The notes: generated by a model from the sequence alone, not told the origin. A stretch of 32,000 nt of DNA from Aliivibrio fischeri ES114 (GCF_000011805.1 NC_006840.2), one strand, 5' to 3'. Positions 1 to 9,472 are shown, numbered from the stretch's first letter. Program-made: numbers and translations.

Positions 1-1089
1 GCGATGGACAGCATTAAATCACAAGGTTACAAAAAGGGTCTTATCGTTACTGATAACGTACTAGTTGCAATTGGTATGGTTAAACAAGTATCAGATTTAT
101 TAGCAGAGCGCGGTGTTGAAGTTGCTGTGTTTGATGGTACGCAACCAAACCCAACAATCGGTAACGTAAATGCAGGTTTAAAAATTCTTAAAGATAATGA
201 GTGTGACTTCGTTATCTCTTTAGGTGGTGGTTCTCCTCACGATTGTGCTAAAGGTATTGCTTTAGTTGCTGCAAATGGTGGTGAGATTGCTGATTATGAA
301 GGTGTTGATCAGTCAGCTAAGCCACAATTGCCTCTAATTGCAATTAATACAACGGCTGGTACGGCATCTGAAATGACGCGTTTCTGTATCATTACTGATG
401 AAGCTCGTCACATTAAGATGGCGATTGTAGATAAGCACACGACACCATTGATGTCTGTAAATGATCCTGAATTAATGCTTGCTAAACCTGCATCATTAAC
501 AGCAGCAACAGGTATGGATGCGTTAACGCACGCTATTGAAGCATACGTATCAATTGCAGCAACACCAGTAACTGATGCTGTAGCAATTAAAGCAATGGAA
601 CTTATCCAAGCGCATTTACGTACAGCGGTTAACGACGGTCAAAACCTAGAAGCTCGTGAGCAAATGGCTTATGCACAATTCATGGCGGGCATGGCATTTA
701 ACAATGCGTCTTTAGGTTATGTTCACGCAATGGCACACCAACTAGGTGGTTTCTACGACCTTCCACACGGCGTATGTAATGCGATTCTTCTTCCTCACGT
801 ACAAAGCTACAATGCTAAAGTATGTCCAGAACGTCTAAAAGACGTTGCAAAAGCAATGGGCGTAAACGTTGAAGGCATGACAAATGAAGAAGGCGCTCAA
901 GCTGCATTAGAAGCGATTAAACAATTATCACAAGATGTTGGTATTCCTTCTGGTCTAACAGAGCTTAACGCTAAAGAAGAAGATTTTGATACGCTTGCTG
1001 AAAATGCATTAAAAGATGCATGTGGTTTTACTAACCCTAAACAAGCGACGCACGAAGAAATCGTAAGTATCTTCAAAGCAGCAATGTAA
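1..1089 (+). CDS. yiaY: Iron-containing alcohol dehydrogenase (YiaY-like), N-terminus cut by window edge
   Basis: Frame is open to base 1. Contains [38 protein letters not shown] and [19 protein letters not shown], which follow E. coli YiaY nearly word for word. Confidence 0.9.
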   Translation, partial: AMDSIKSQGYKKGLIVTDNVLVAIGMVKQVSDLLAERGVEVAVFDGTQPNPTIGNVNAGLKILKDNECDFVISLGGGSPHDCAKGIALVAANGGEIADYEGVDQSAKPQLPLIAINTTAGTASEMTRFCIITDEARHIKMAIVDKHTTPLMSVNDPELMLAKPASLTAATGMDALTHAIEAYVSIAATPVTDAVAIKAMELIQAHLRTAVNDGQNLEAREQMAYAQFMAGMAFNNASLGYVHAMAHQLGGFYDLPHGVCNAILLPHVQSYNAKVCPERLKDVAKAMGVNVEGMTNEEGAQAALEAIKQLSQDVGIPSGLTELNAKEEDFDTLAENALKDACGFTNPKQATHEEIVSIFKAAM

Positions 1090-1121
1090 TTATTATAGAT
1101 AAAAGTATTAATTAGTTTTAG

Positions 1122-1152
1122 AAAGGTCTAACAATAGTTAGGCCTTTTTTTT
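1122..1152 (+). terminator. Rho-independent terminator after the alcohol dehydrogenase
   Basis: AAAGGTCTAAC-AATA-GTTAGGCCTTT (one GU wobble) followed by a T run. Confidence 0.85.
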
Positions 1153-1248
1153 GATTCTTGCTTCCACGTTAGGGTATGCTTATGATCTTTTTATCTGATT
1201 AAGTCGTAGAAGATGTGATCTTCTCATTAAAAAAGGCAGTAAATTAGC

Positions 1249-1848
1249 ATGGCAAACGTAAGAGCTCGTATAGAGTTAATGGTAGGGCAAAAAAGTAATA
1301 TCCCTGCGGAGATGCTTTCATTTGAAGGGCTAGAGACTGACAAAGAGCACGTTGCTGTTGTTTTTAATCAAGCTGATAAACATCAATCCACTCCCTTAGT
1401 ACGTATGCATTCTGAGTGTTTAACAGGGGATGTCTTTCATTCATCTCGTTGTGATTGTGGTGAACAATTAGAAGAAACTATTAATCGTATGTCTGAAAGT
1501 GGCGGTATTATTTTATACCTACGCCAAGAGGGACGCGGTATTGGTTTATATAATAAATTAGATGCTTATGAATTACAGAGCCAAGGTATGAATACCTATG
1601 AGGCAAATAATCATTTAGGATTTGGTGATGATTTACGTGACTTCAAAGAAGCGGCACAAATGCTTGAAGCACTGAATATATCTAAGATAAAGCTAGTTAC
1701 GAATAATCCAAAAAAGATTAAGGATATTCAAAACTACGGTATTGAAATTGATGAAGTTGTTAATACTCATGCCCATGTAAAACAAGGCAACGAGCATTAT
1801 TTACATTCAAAGGCCGCACACGGGCATAAGTTAAATTTTGATAAATAA
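1249..1848 (+). CDS. ribA: GTP cyclohydrolase II
   Basis: [41 protein letters not shown] and KLVTNNPKK are GTP cyclohydrolase II signatures; the triad C-x10-C-x-C region is intact. Confidence 0.93.
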   Translation: MANVRARIELMVGQKSNIPAEMLSFEGLETDKEHVAVVFNQADKHQSTPLVRMHSECLTGDVFHSSRCDCGEQLEETINRMSESGGIILYLRQEGRGIGLYNKLDAYELQSQGMNTYEANNHLGFGDDLRDFKEAAQMLEALNISKIKLVTNNPKKIKDIQNYGIEIDEVVNTHAHVKQGNEHYLHSKAAHGHKLNFDK

Positions 1849-1871
1849 TATTGTCTTTATTATTAACTGTT

Positions 1872-1903
1872 AAAAACCTCACTTATTTGTGGGGTTTTTT
1901 TAT
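1872..1903 (+). terminator. Rho-independent terminator after ribA
   Basis: AAAACCTCAC-TTATTT-GTGGGGTTTT plus T run. Confidence 0.85.
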
Positions 1904-1927
1904 GAGTTACACAAAATCGGTAAAATA

Positions 1928-1946
1928 AATGATAAGGATTTGCATT
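1928..1946. promoter_or_regulatory. Putative Fur box 1
   Basis: AATGATAAGGATTTGCATT matches AATGANAATNATTNTCATT with 2 mismatches; overlaps a -35-like TTGCAT (1940-1945) paired with TATATT (1962-1967), 16 bp spacer. Confidence 0.7.
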
Positions 1947-1972
1947 TAGATTCAGAATGAGTATATTACGCA

Positions 1973-1991
1973 AATAAAAATTATTATCATT
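1973..1991. promoter_or_regulatory. Putative Fur box 2
   Basis: AATAAAAATTATTATCATT matches AATGANAATNATTNTCATT with 1 mismatch. Confidence 0.7.
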
Positions 1992-2058
1992 AATGAATTC
2001 TTACAGTTTTCAATTAATGGTTTACAAGTCATATTCATTTGCTCAACAAGGACGATTC

Positions 2059-3312
2059 ATGAATCACGTCAAATTTGCTCGAAATTTAATTACCGCATCT
2101 TTATTTGTTATTCCTTCTATTTCACAAGCAACGACTCAATCGGAAGTGGTAGAGCACTATGCTGATATCGCTCATGCTGTTTATAGCGACTCTTTATCTA
2201 CAGCTCAAAAACTGGACAAAGCCATTACTACTTTTTTGAATAATCCTTCTAAAGATGGTTTAGAGACAGTAAAGCTTGCTTGGAAAGAGGCTCGTGTACC
2301 TTATCAACAATCGGAAGTTTTCCGTTTTGGTAATGCGATTGTTGATGAATGGGAAGGGCAATTAAATGCTTGGCCTTTAGATGAAGGCCTAATTGATTAT
2401 GTTGCAGACGATTATCAATATGAATTAGGTAATGATGGCGCTAAAGCGAATATTGTTGCGTCTAAGTCAATAAAGATTGGTGCTGAAACGATTGATGTAA
2501 CATCAATTAAGGCAGAGCAATTAGCAGACTTAAATGAGTTAGGCGGTTCTGAGGCAAATGTAGCAACGGGTTATCATGCCATTGAATTTTTACTTTGGGG
2601 CCAAGACCTAAATGGAACTAACTCTGGTGCCGGTGAGCGTCCATACACTGATTATGTTATCGGTTCTGCGTGTACTAACGGTAACTGTGAGCGCCGAGCT
2701 GAATATTTAAAAGCGGCTTCTGAATTGTTGATTAAAGATCTTTCTTGGATGGAAAAACAATGGAAAGAAGGTGAGAAAAATTATCGTGCTGAGCTTTTAT
2801 CTGAATCATCAGAGCAAGGTTTACGTAAGATGCTATTTGGCATGGGGTCATTATCTCTAGGTGAGTTAGCAGGCGAGCGAATGAAGGTTGCATTAGAAGC
2901 AAACTCAACAGAGGACGAGCACGATTGTTTTTCTGATAATACACATAACTCTCATTACTACAACGAACAAGGTATCTATAACGTCTACACGGGGACTTAT
3001 ACACGAGCTGACGGTTCTCAATTGTCTGGACCAAGTATTCATGATCTCGTTGCAAAGAAAGATGCAAAAGCAGCAAAAGAGATTAAACAGCAGTTTGATG
3101 CAACTCGTACTCAAGTAGGTACATTGGTTTCTGCTGCGGAGAAGGATAATCAACACTTTGATCAATTGATTGCTGCTGATAACGCTGTTGGTAATGCATT
3201 AGTAAACAAATCAATTATGTCGTTAGTTTTGCAAACCGCTTCTATTGAACGAGCTGCAAACGTTATTGGCATTACGAGTTTAAATCCTGATACAGCAGAT
3301 CACGAATTTTAA
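2059..3312 (+). CDS. Imelysin family iron-regulated protein (IrpA-like), exported
   Basis: Start corrected from 1993 to 2059 (RBS AAGGACG; signal peptide MNHVKFARNLITASLFVIPSISQA). Imelysin GxHxxE motif in GYHAIEFLLWGQD. Confidence 0.88.
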   Translation: MNHVKFARNLITASLFVIPSISQATTQSEVVEHYADIAHAVYSDSLSTAQKLDKAITTFLNNPSKDGLETVKLAWKEARVPYQQSEVFRFGNAIVDEWEGQLNAWPLDEGLIDYVADDYQYELGNDGAKANIVASKSIKIGAETIDVTSIKAEQLADLNELGGSEANVATGYHAIEFLLWGQDLNGTNSGAGERPYTDYVIGSACTNGNCERRAEYLKAASELLIKDLSWMEKQWKEGEKNYRAELLSESSEQGLRKMLFGMGSLSLGELAGERMKVALEANSTEDEHDCFSDNTHNSHYYNEQGIYNVYTGTYTRADGSQLSGPSIHDLVAKKDAKAAKEIKQQFDATRTQVGTLVSAAEKDNQHFDQLIAADNAVGNALVNKSIMSLVLQTASIERAANVIGITSLNPDTADHEF

Positions 3313-3361
3313 TTCTAAGAAAAAGCAGTAATACAATGATATCAACCTAGAAATAGGTGTT

Positions 3362-3411
3362 AGCTCAATCACATTTCCCCCGATTTAGTGATTGAGCTCT
3401 TTTCTTTTTTC
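3362..3411 (+). terminator. Hairpin/terminator between first imelysin gene and di-heme gene
   Basis: AGCTCAATCAC ... GTGATTGAGCT (11 bp) followed by TTTTCTTTTTT. Confidence 0.7.
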
Positions 3412-3491
3412 TATTGTGGTTATTGAAATAATAACGATAAACAATACCCATCGATACCCATAATAATATGACGATCAGGATGTGCGACTTT

Positions 3492-4895
3492 ATGAAACCC
3501 GCAATGCTTGGAGCAATAACTTTATTATCTACATTTTCTTTTTCTTCTTTCTCAGCTGATGTTAACCCTATTGATGTTGCCTCTGGTGGTAAGACAAGCG
3601 TAAAAAAAGAGGGGCAGAATGCCTTTTCTTTGCCTGCTGCAAATTTACCTATGAGTAAACGACTAGACTTTAGTGTCGGTAACAGTTTCTTTCGTAATCC
3701 TTGGGTACAAGCACCCGCGTCAACAGATGCCAGAGATGGACTCGGCCCTTTATTTAATACTAACGGTTGTCAAAATTGTCATATTAAAGATGGTAGAGGA
3801 CATGCTCCTCGAGAAGGCGATACAAATGCTGTATCTATGCTTGTTCGATTAAGTATTCCTGCTTTTACTCCAGAGCAGAAAAAACGCATTCTTTTAGAAG
3901 GTGTGATCCCTGAGCCTACTTATGGTGGGCAGCTTCAAGATTTCTCGTTACCTGGATTAAAGCCAGAAGGACAAATACACATTACCTATAATGATCTATC
4001 TGTAACGCTTTCTGATGGTTACGTTGTCACATTACGAAAGCCAAATTTGACCATTACTGAATTAGCTTATGGTGACATGGATGAGAATGTAATGATGTCT
4101 GCACGAATTGCCCCACCAATGATCGGTTTAGGTTTATTAGAATCGATCCCTGAAAAAACAATCCTTGGTTTTGCTGAACAACAAAAGAATGAAAATAAAG
4201 GCGTTTCAGGTAAAGCAAACCGAGTGTGGGATGCAAAAACAAAGCAACTTGAATTAGGACGTTTTGGTTGGAAAGCTGGACAACCGACACTTATGCAACA
4301 AAATGCGGCAGCGTTTAACGGGGATTTAGGCTTAACGAGCAATATGTTCCCGAAAGATGATTGTACTCAGGCTCAGGCAGCATGTGCGAAGCTTCCCCAT
4401 GGCGGTGAGCCTGAGGTTAGCGATAAGATTTTAAATTTTGTTGAATTTTATTCTCAGCATTTAGCGGTTCCAGTTCGTCGAAATGTAAATGATCCCGAAG
4501 TTATTAAAGGTCAAAAACTATTTAAAGATATTGGCTGTGAAAGCTGTCATAAAAGCAATATACAAACAGCAAAAATTAAAAACAGACCTGCGTTATCTAA
4601 CCAGTTAATTCACCCTTATACTGATTTATTACTTCATGATATGGGGGAAGGGCTTGCAGATAATAGACCGGAGTTTTTAGCGAATGGGCAAGAATGGCGA
4701 ACGCCGCCATTGTGGGGACTTGGCTATACACAGGAAGTGAATGGACATACAGAAATGCTGCATGATGGTCGAGCTAGAAATGCATTAGAAGCGATTCTTT
4801 GGCATGGTGGTGAAGCCCAAACAGCTCGTGATGCCGTAGTTAAATTATCAACGCAAGATCGCAATGCGTTACTTGAATTTTTGAACTCATTATAA
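3492..4895 (+). CDS. Di-heme oxidoreductase (DHOR / 'thiol oxidoreductase') family c-type cytochrome
   Basis: Signal peptide MKPAMLGAITLLSTFSFSSFSA; two CXXCH motifs (CQNCH, CESCH); GDMDENVMMSARIAPPMIGLGLLESIP and ALEAILWHGGEA family motifs. Track start 3468 is less likely than 3492. Confidence 0.88.
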   Translation: MKPAMLGAITLLSTFSFSSFSADVNPIDVASGGKTSVKKEGQNAFSLPAANLPMSKRLDFSVGNSFFRNPWVQAPASTDARDGLGPLFNTNGCQNCHIKDGRGHAPREGDTNAVSMLVRLSIPAFTPEQKKRILLEGVIPEPTYGGQLQDFSLPGLKPEGQIHITYNDLSVTLSDGYVVTLRKPNLTITELAYGDMDENVMMSARIAPPMIGLGLLESIPEKTILGFAEQQKNENKGVSGKANRVWDAKTKQLELGRFGWKAGQPTLMQQNAAAFNGDLGLTSNMFPKDDCTQAQAACAKLPHGGEPEVSDKILNFVEFYSQHLAVPVRRNVNDPEVIKGQKLFKDIGCESCHKSNIQTAKIKNRPALSNQLIHPYTDLLLHDMGEGLADNRPEFLANGQEWRTPPLWGLGYTQEVNGHTEMLHDGRARNALEAILWHGGEAQTARDAVVKLSTQDRNALLEFLNSL

Positions 4896-4905
4896 AGGAT
4901 AAGCA

Positions 4906-5916
4906 ATGAAACCTAAGTATCTATTACTAAGCAGTACGGTTTTGCTTGCTGCCTGTCAAAGTACTAGCCAAACCTCGACATCAAATGAAATGATTGAGCA
5001 AGTTTATGCTATTGAGCAACAATCCGCTCAACGTTTAGCTGAATCAAGTTTACAACTAGCGCAAAAGTTTGAATCTTATTGTGTAAAGCAGGCTGATAAG
5101 CGAGAGGTTGAAGAACAGTGGCAGCAAACAATGCACTCTTGGATGGCATTACAAGGGCAAGAAAGGGGCCCAGAAGCAGCACTTGCATTAAATTGGAATA
5201 TTCAATTTTGGCCGGATAAAAAAAATACAACAGGTCGAAAAATGTCTCAGTTATTACAACAAGATCTGAGTTGGAATAGTCAGTTAATTCAACAGCAAAG
5301 TGTGACCACTCAAGGTCTTGGAGCCGTTGAATGGTTGCTGTTTGATCAATCATCTACGTTGCCACAACCTGAAGCGTGTCAGTTGGGTAATGCGATTACA
5401 CGCAATTTGGCGCTTAATACGCAAAAAATAGAACAAGCATGGCAAGTTAATCCATGGTCTGAATTTGATCAAACAATGTGGCTAAATGAATATATTGCGT
5501 TGTTAGCGAATCAACTTGATTACAGTATGAAAAAACTGAGTCGTCCACTGGCAAAAATTGGACAACCACGTCCATATTTTGCTGAGTCATGGCGTTCAGA
5601 AAAGTCATTAACGTGGCTTAAATACAATGTTGAAGCAATGCGCACACTTTATATAGCTAATGGTGTCGGTCTTGATAATTATTTACGTAAGCAAGGGCAT
5701 GCAGAGTTAGCCGATCGAATTAATGATCATTTTGATTCTACATTAGCATCGTGGCCTGCATCTTCGTCGTTGTTTGCTGCATTGCAAACTAAATCAGGCT
5801 ATCAAGATACACTCTCTTTATATAACAAATTAGAGTATTTGAAGTACCTAATTCATGAAGAAGTAGCGATAGAGTTGAATATTGTAATAGGGTTCAATGC
5901 AACTGATGGCGATTGA
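4906..5916 (+). CDS. Imelysin family lipoprotein
   Basis: Lipobox LLAAC in MKPKYLLLSSTVLLAACQS; imelysin-like GLGAVEWLLFD and Y-x3-L-x2-L-rich helical sequence; context. Confidence 0.82.
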   Translation: MKPKYLLLSSTVLLAACQSTSQTSTSNEMIEQVYAIEQQSAQRLAESSLQLAQKFESYCVKQADKREVEEQWQQTMHSWMALQGQERGPEAALALNWNIQFWPDKKNTTGRKMSQLLQQDLSWNSQLIQQQSVTTQGLGAVEWLLFDQSSTLPQPEACQLGNAITRNLALNTQKIEQAWQVNPWSEFDQTMWLNEYIALLANQLDYSMKKLSRPLAKIGQPRPYFAESWRSEKSLTWLKYNVEAMRTLYIANGVGLDNYLRKQGHAELADRINDHFDSTLASWPASSSLFAALQTKSGYQDTLSLYNKLEYLKYLIHEEVAIELNIVIGFNATDGD

Positions 5917-7015
5917 TAATCATAAACGTAAGTTATTAAAAAGTAGTGCGGCTGCTTTGGCATTGTCACCATGGCTAACAGCGTGTTCTTCTTCGTCGCT
6001 TCAGAGAGAAAAAGCGGCATTGGTATCTTGCTCTCGTACCGCTAATGGGCATTTTAGTGCGGTTGTTGCGGACAGTAACGGTTACCCAATTTATTCGATT
6101 CCACTACCAGAAAGAGGTCATGGTGTTGCTATCTCCCCTAATGGTGAGTTAGGTGTCGCATTTGCTCGACGCCCTGGTAACTATATGCAGTTGTTTAATA
6201 TAGAAACCGGTAAAAGTTATGCCATTACTGCGTCTAGCCCTGACCGCTATTTTTATGGTCATGGTGTGTTTTCTTCTGATGGAATGACTTTGTATACCAC
6301 AGAAGGAGAAAAGAAGACGAGCCAAGGCATTATTGGTGTTTATCAATTGCGTGATCACCAGTTAATTAAAGTAAATGAATTTTCAGGCTTTGGTATTGGC
6401 CCTCATGAAGTGATCTGTGTTGATGACACAACATTAGCGATAGGTGTTGGTGGCGTTCATACAGATGGTAGAACGCCCTTAAATTTAGAGACGATGCAAC
6501 CAGCGTTAGTCTACTTGTCTACTGAGTCTGGAAAAGTGGTTGAACGTGTTGGATTAGCCGATCATAAGTTAAGTATTCGCCATTTATCTCAAACTCATGA
6601 CGGACGCGTGTTATGTGGTCAGCAATATCGAGGAGAGCCAGAAGATGGTGTTCCTTTAGTGGCAATACATCAACGGGGGGGGGCTTTAATTCCACTGAAA
6701 GCAGAACCTGAAGAATGGCTTAGATTTAATCATTACATAGCAAGCATTGCTGTATTAGGAACACATGTTGTTGCCACATCTCCTCGAGGAAATTGTTATG
6801 GTGTCTGGGATCTTGAGACAAACCAGTTAACTGAGATTGCATCACTCGTGGATGCGTCTGGTGTGGTGGTTGAGCAAAGTGGACTTAATTCACCGCAATG
6901 GCATATTAGCTCAGGAGCCGGAAAAGTGGTTAACAGAACTGAAAGTGGTATTGTCACAAGTCATCAAACGAATGTGATGTGGGATAACCATTGGAATCGA
7001 ATTCCCCTAAAATAA
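5906..7015 (+). CDS. DUF1513 family lipoprotein-like beta-propeller protein
   Basis: KRKLLKSSAAALALSPWLTAC signal/lipobox; RPGNYMQLFNIETG and GIGPHEVICVDD typical of DUF1513; follows an imelysin gene and overlaps its end. Start may be 5897 or 5906. Confidence 0.82.
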   Translation: MAIDNHKRKLLKSSAAALALSPWLTACSSSSLQREKAALVSCSRTANGHFSAVVADSNGYPIYSIPLPERGHGVAISPNGELGVAFARRPGNYMQLFNIETGKSYAITASSPDRYFYGHGVFSSDGMTLYTTEGEKKTSQGIIGVYQLRDHQLIKVNEFSGFGIGPHEVICVDDTTLAIGVGGVHTDGRTPLNLETMQPALVYLSTESGKVVERVGLADHKLSIRHLSQTHDGRVLCGQQYRGEPEDGVPLVAIHQRGGALIPLKAEPEEWLRFNHYIASIAVLGTHVVATSPRGNCYGVWDLETNQLTEIASLVDASGVVVEQSGLNSPQWHISSGAGKVVNRTESGIVTSHQTNVMWDNHWNRIPLK

Positions 7016-7059
7016 TAGCCGTGCTATTCTTAGTGTAATTATTTTAGGAAGAGACAAAT

Positions 7060-7713
7060 ATGAGCTTACAATATCAAATTATTCCTGTGACTTCATACGA
7101 GCAAAATTGTTCAATCGTATGGTGTGATGAAACCATGAAAGGCGTTGTGATCGATCCTGGTGGTGATGTTCAATTGCTGAAACAAGCAATTGAGGCATTA
7201 AATGTTGATGTTGTGCATATGGTATTAACTCATGGTCATTTAGATCATGTAGGTGGTACAGAAGATCTGGCTGCTATTACTAATGCAACGATTGTTGGTC
7301 CGCATAAAGAAGATAATTTCTGGTTGCAAGGTCTTCCAAACCAAAGTGAGCGATTTGGTTTCCCTCACACAGAGGCATTTGAGCCAAGCCAATGGTTAAA
7401 TGAAGGTGATGTGATTGAGTTTGGTAATCAAAAATTAGACGTTCTGCATACGCCGGGTCATACTCCAGGTCACGTAGTACTGTTTAATCAAGAAGCAAAA
7501 ATGGCATTCGTTGGCGATGTACTGTTTAAAGGTGCTATTGGTCGTTCAGATTTCCCTAAAGGGGACTTTGATACGCTTATTTCTTCTATCAAAACAAAAC
7601 TGTGGCCATTAGGTAATGACATGAGATTTGTACCAGGTCATGGTCCAGAGTCAACATTTGGTCACGAGCGTCAAACTAACCCATTTGTCGCTGATAAAAT
7701 GCCACTTTGGTAA
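7060..7713 (+). CDS. MBL-fold metallo-hydrolase (glyoxalase II-like, YcbL type)
   Basis: THGHLDHVGG (HxHxDH), HTPGHTPGHVV, FVGDVLFKGAIGRSDFP, FVPGHGP. Confidence 0.92.
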   Translation: MSLQYQIIPVTSYEQNCSIVWCDETMKGVVIDPGGDVQLLKQAIEALNVDVVHMVLTHGHLDHVGGTEDLAAITNATIVGPHKEDNFWLQGLPNQSERFGFPHTEAFEPSQWLNEGDVIEFGNQKLDVLHTPGHTPGHVVLFNQEAKMAFVGDVLFKGAIGRSDFPKGDFDTLISSIKTKLWPLGNDMRFVPGHGPESTFGHERQTNPFVADKMPLW

Positions 7714-7915
7714 GAAATTTTGTAAAAGTGACGGACTTTTCACCATACAGTGTCGTCATGTCTATAAATATGGCGCGTTTTTTGGTATAAAACGCGCTTC
7801 GCCAATTCCAATACAACTATTTGGGTTACATTTTAGGAATTGACATCTTTTTTCCGCTATCAATTTGAGAGGGTAACTCACAAATATAGATATAGCGCAA
7901 CGGAGTTTAAGTTTC

Positions 7916-8302
7916 ATGAAAATTGCTCACAAACGTAAAGTTCAGTCTAAGCTGCATAAACGCATTAAAGCTAAAGTTACTGCACCAAAAACTGAAGTGA
8001 AAAAAGCAGCTAAACCTGCAAAAGTAGCTAAACCAGTTGAGAAAAAAGTGGAAGCAGTAGTTGCAGAAGCACCAAAAGCAGCAGCAGCAGACATCGCACT
8101 TACGCCAAAGCAACAGACTGTATTTGACATTGTTTGTCAAAATCCTGAAGGCATCAATTCAAAAGAAATTGGTCTTGCAGCTGGTCAAGAAGAAGCAAAA
8201 GCGGCAGCATGGGCAACAGGTGGCTTGAAGAAGCTAGTTGAAGAAAACCTAGTTGTACGTGAACAACTTGCTGGTAATAAAGTGATTTATAAAGCGGCTT
8301 AA
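7916..8302 (+). CDS. Small winged-helix (MarR-like) protein with basic Lys/Ala-rich N-terminal tail
   Basis: Basic KKAAKPAKVAKPVEKK tail, then LTPKQQTVFDIVCQNPEGINSKEIGLAAGQ...ATGGLKKLVEENLVVRE resembling HTH/wing. Confidence 0.7.
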   Translation: MKIAHKRKVQSKLHKRIKAKVTAPKTEVKKAAKPAKVAKPVEKKVEAVVAEAPKAAAADIALTPKQQTVFDIVCQNPEGINSKEIGLAAGQEEAKAAAWATGGLKKLVEENLVVREQLAGNKVIYKAA

Positions 8303-8326
8303 TCGTTTAATAAACTATTTTATAGA

Positions 8327-8361
8327 CACAAAGAAGCCGAGATTACCTCGGTTTTTTTGTG
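8327..8361 (+). terminator. Rho-independent terminator
   Basis: CACAAAGAAGCCGAG-ATTAC-CTCGGTTTTTTTGTG. Confidence 0.85.
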
Positions 8362-8417
8362 CCTTGAAAATGATGTTTAGATAGTACCAATTCCATTAAT
8401 GACCATCTAATTATAAA

Positions 8418-8450
8418 AATAAAGGGCATACTAAGATGCCCTTTATTTTT
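8418..8450. terminator. Bidirectional-type terminator between convergent genes
   Basis: AATAAAGGGCAT-ACTAAG-ATGCCCTTTATT perfect 12-bp inverted repeat, A run on one side and T run on the other. Confidence 0.85.
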
Positions 8451-8471
8451 GTCATTCTGATTGATGTGAAT

Positions 8472-9386
8472 TTAGAATTTAAGTTTCACTTCAAGGCCGA
8501 TAAACTGGTCGGTATAAGGCATACCCGCATCGTAAGCGTATTGAGCAGCATCACCATTACTAAACCATGCGTTGTAAGCTAGATTAACTTCTGTCTCATC
8601 ACCCCAAGCATCGGTTACCCAGTAATGGATATGACCAACAGGGTTTAAGAAGAATAGACTTACGCTACCTAATGTTTCAGAGCCCATTACTTCGCCACCA
8701 TTTTCGGTAATACGAAGTTCTTGTTGAAGCATTACTTCACCGACAACAGCACCAAAGAATGGAGTAACGAATAAATCTTGAATAGATGGTACTTCAGCAA
8801 ATGCCTCTACACCATACTCCCAGAAGAATGTTGACATTGTTGTCGAGTATAAGAAAGATTCAAACTCGTTAAAGCCTGCGTGACGAGCTGCTGTATAGTA
8901 AACACCACCAAAGTAAGGGTGCATTACATAGTTTAAGAAGTGCTCATCTTTATCCCATACAGGGCCTTGGCTTACGTTATCTTTCCACTTAGAGCCTAGG
9001 TTTTTAATGCTTGAATCTTCAGAATCCCACTTAGTGATGCTTTCAGGAAGAAAAGTCATTAAACCAACAGTTGCAACACTTAAACCAAGAATAGTGTATG
9101 ACTGTTCCATTAGGTAGTCCCAGTCACGCTCATCTGATACGCGAAGGTAGTGCGGTAATTGTGTGCTTTGTGCTAGGGAATCATTTTCAGCAACCTTAGA
9201 AGGTGTCTCACCATCTAAGCGCATTGGAGAAAAATTAAATGACGCATTTGAACAATAGCTAGAGTAGATATTAGTAGAACAGTCGTTTTGATAATCCATA
9301 TCATAAGCGCTATTAGTATCCAGTGCGAAAGCATTTGTTGATGCTGTACACCCTAAAAGCAAACCGGCTATTGCTTGTTTTTTCAC
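8472..9386 (-). CDS. DUF3943 domain-containing exported protein
   Basis: Signal peptide MKKQAIAGLLLGCTASTNAFA; HFLNYVMHPYFGGVYYTAARHAGFNEFESFLYSTTMSTFFWEYGVEAFAEVPSIQDL is typical of DUF3943. Confidence 0.82.
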   Translation of the reverse strand: MKKQAIAGLLLGCTASTNAFALDTNSAYDMDYQNDCSTNIYSSYCSNASFNFSPMRLDGETPSKVAENDSLAQSTQLPHYLRVSDERDWDYLMEQSYTILGLSVATVGLMTFLPESITKWDSEDSSIKNLGSKWKDNVSQGPVWDKDEHFLNYVMHPYFGGVYYTAARHAGFNEFESFLYSTTMSTFFWEYGVEAFAEVPSIQDLFVTPFFGAVVGEVMLQQELRITENGGEVMGSETLGSVSLFFLNPVGHIHYWVTDAWGDETEVNLAYNAWFSNGDAAQYAYDAGMPYTDQFIGLEVKLKF

Positions 9387-9472
9387 GAAAAGTCCTTAAT
9401 ACAGTTAAATTTCTGAGCTAGTTCACAATTATCTACTATTCGAGAAAAAATGCAAAACATAAAAATAAGAAG

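Noticed and set aside
2732-3165. Minus-strand ORFs inside the first imelysin gene
   Set aside because: Antisense to a well-supported CDS, low-complexity Leu/Ile/Ser-rich translations, no family motifs.
3421-3480. Possible third Fur box upstream of the di-heme gene (GAAATAATAACGATAAACAAT)
   Set aside because: Too many mismatches to AATGANAATNATTNTCATT in any register; not distinguishable from A/T-rich background by eye.
4054-5353. Minus-strand ORFs 4054-4290, 4067-4342, 4724-4906 and 5009-5353
   Set aside because: Antisense to the di-heme and imelysin CDSs, no RBS or recognisable motif; chance open frames.
7907-8140. Two minus-strand ORFs rich in Cys and Phe over the winged-helix gene
   Set aside because: They are the complement of the Lys/Ala-rich tail, so composition explains them.
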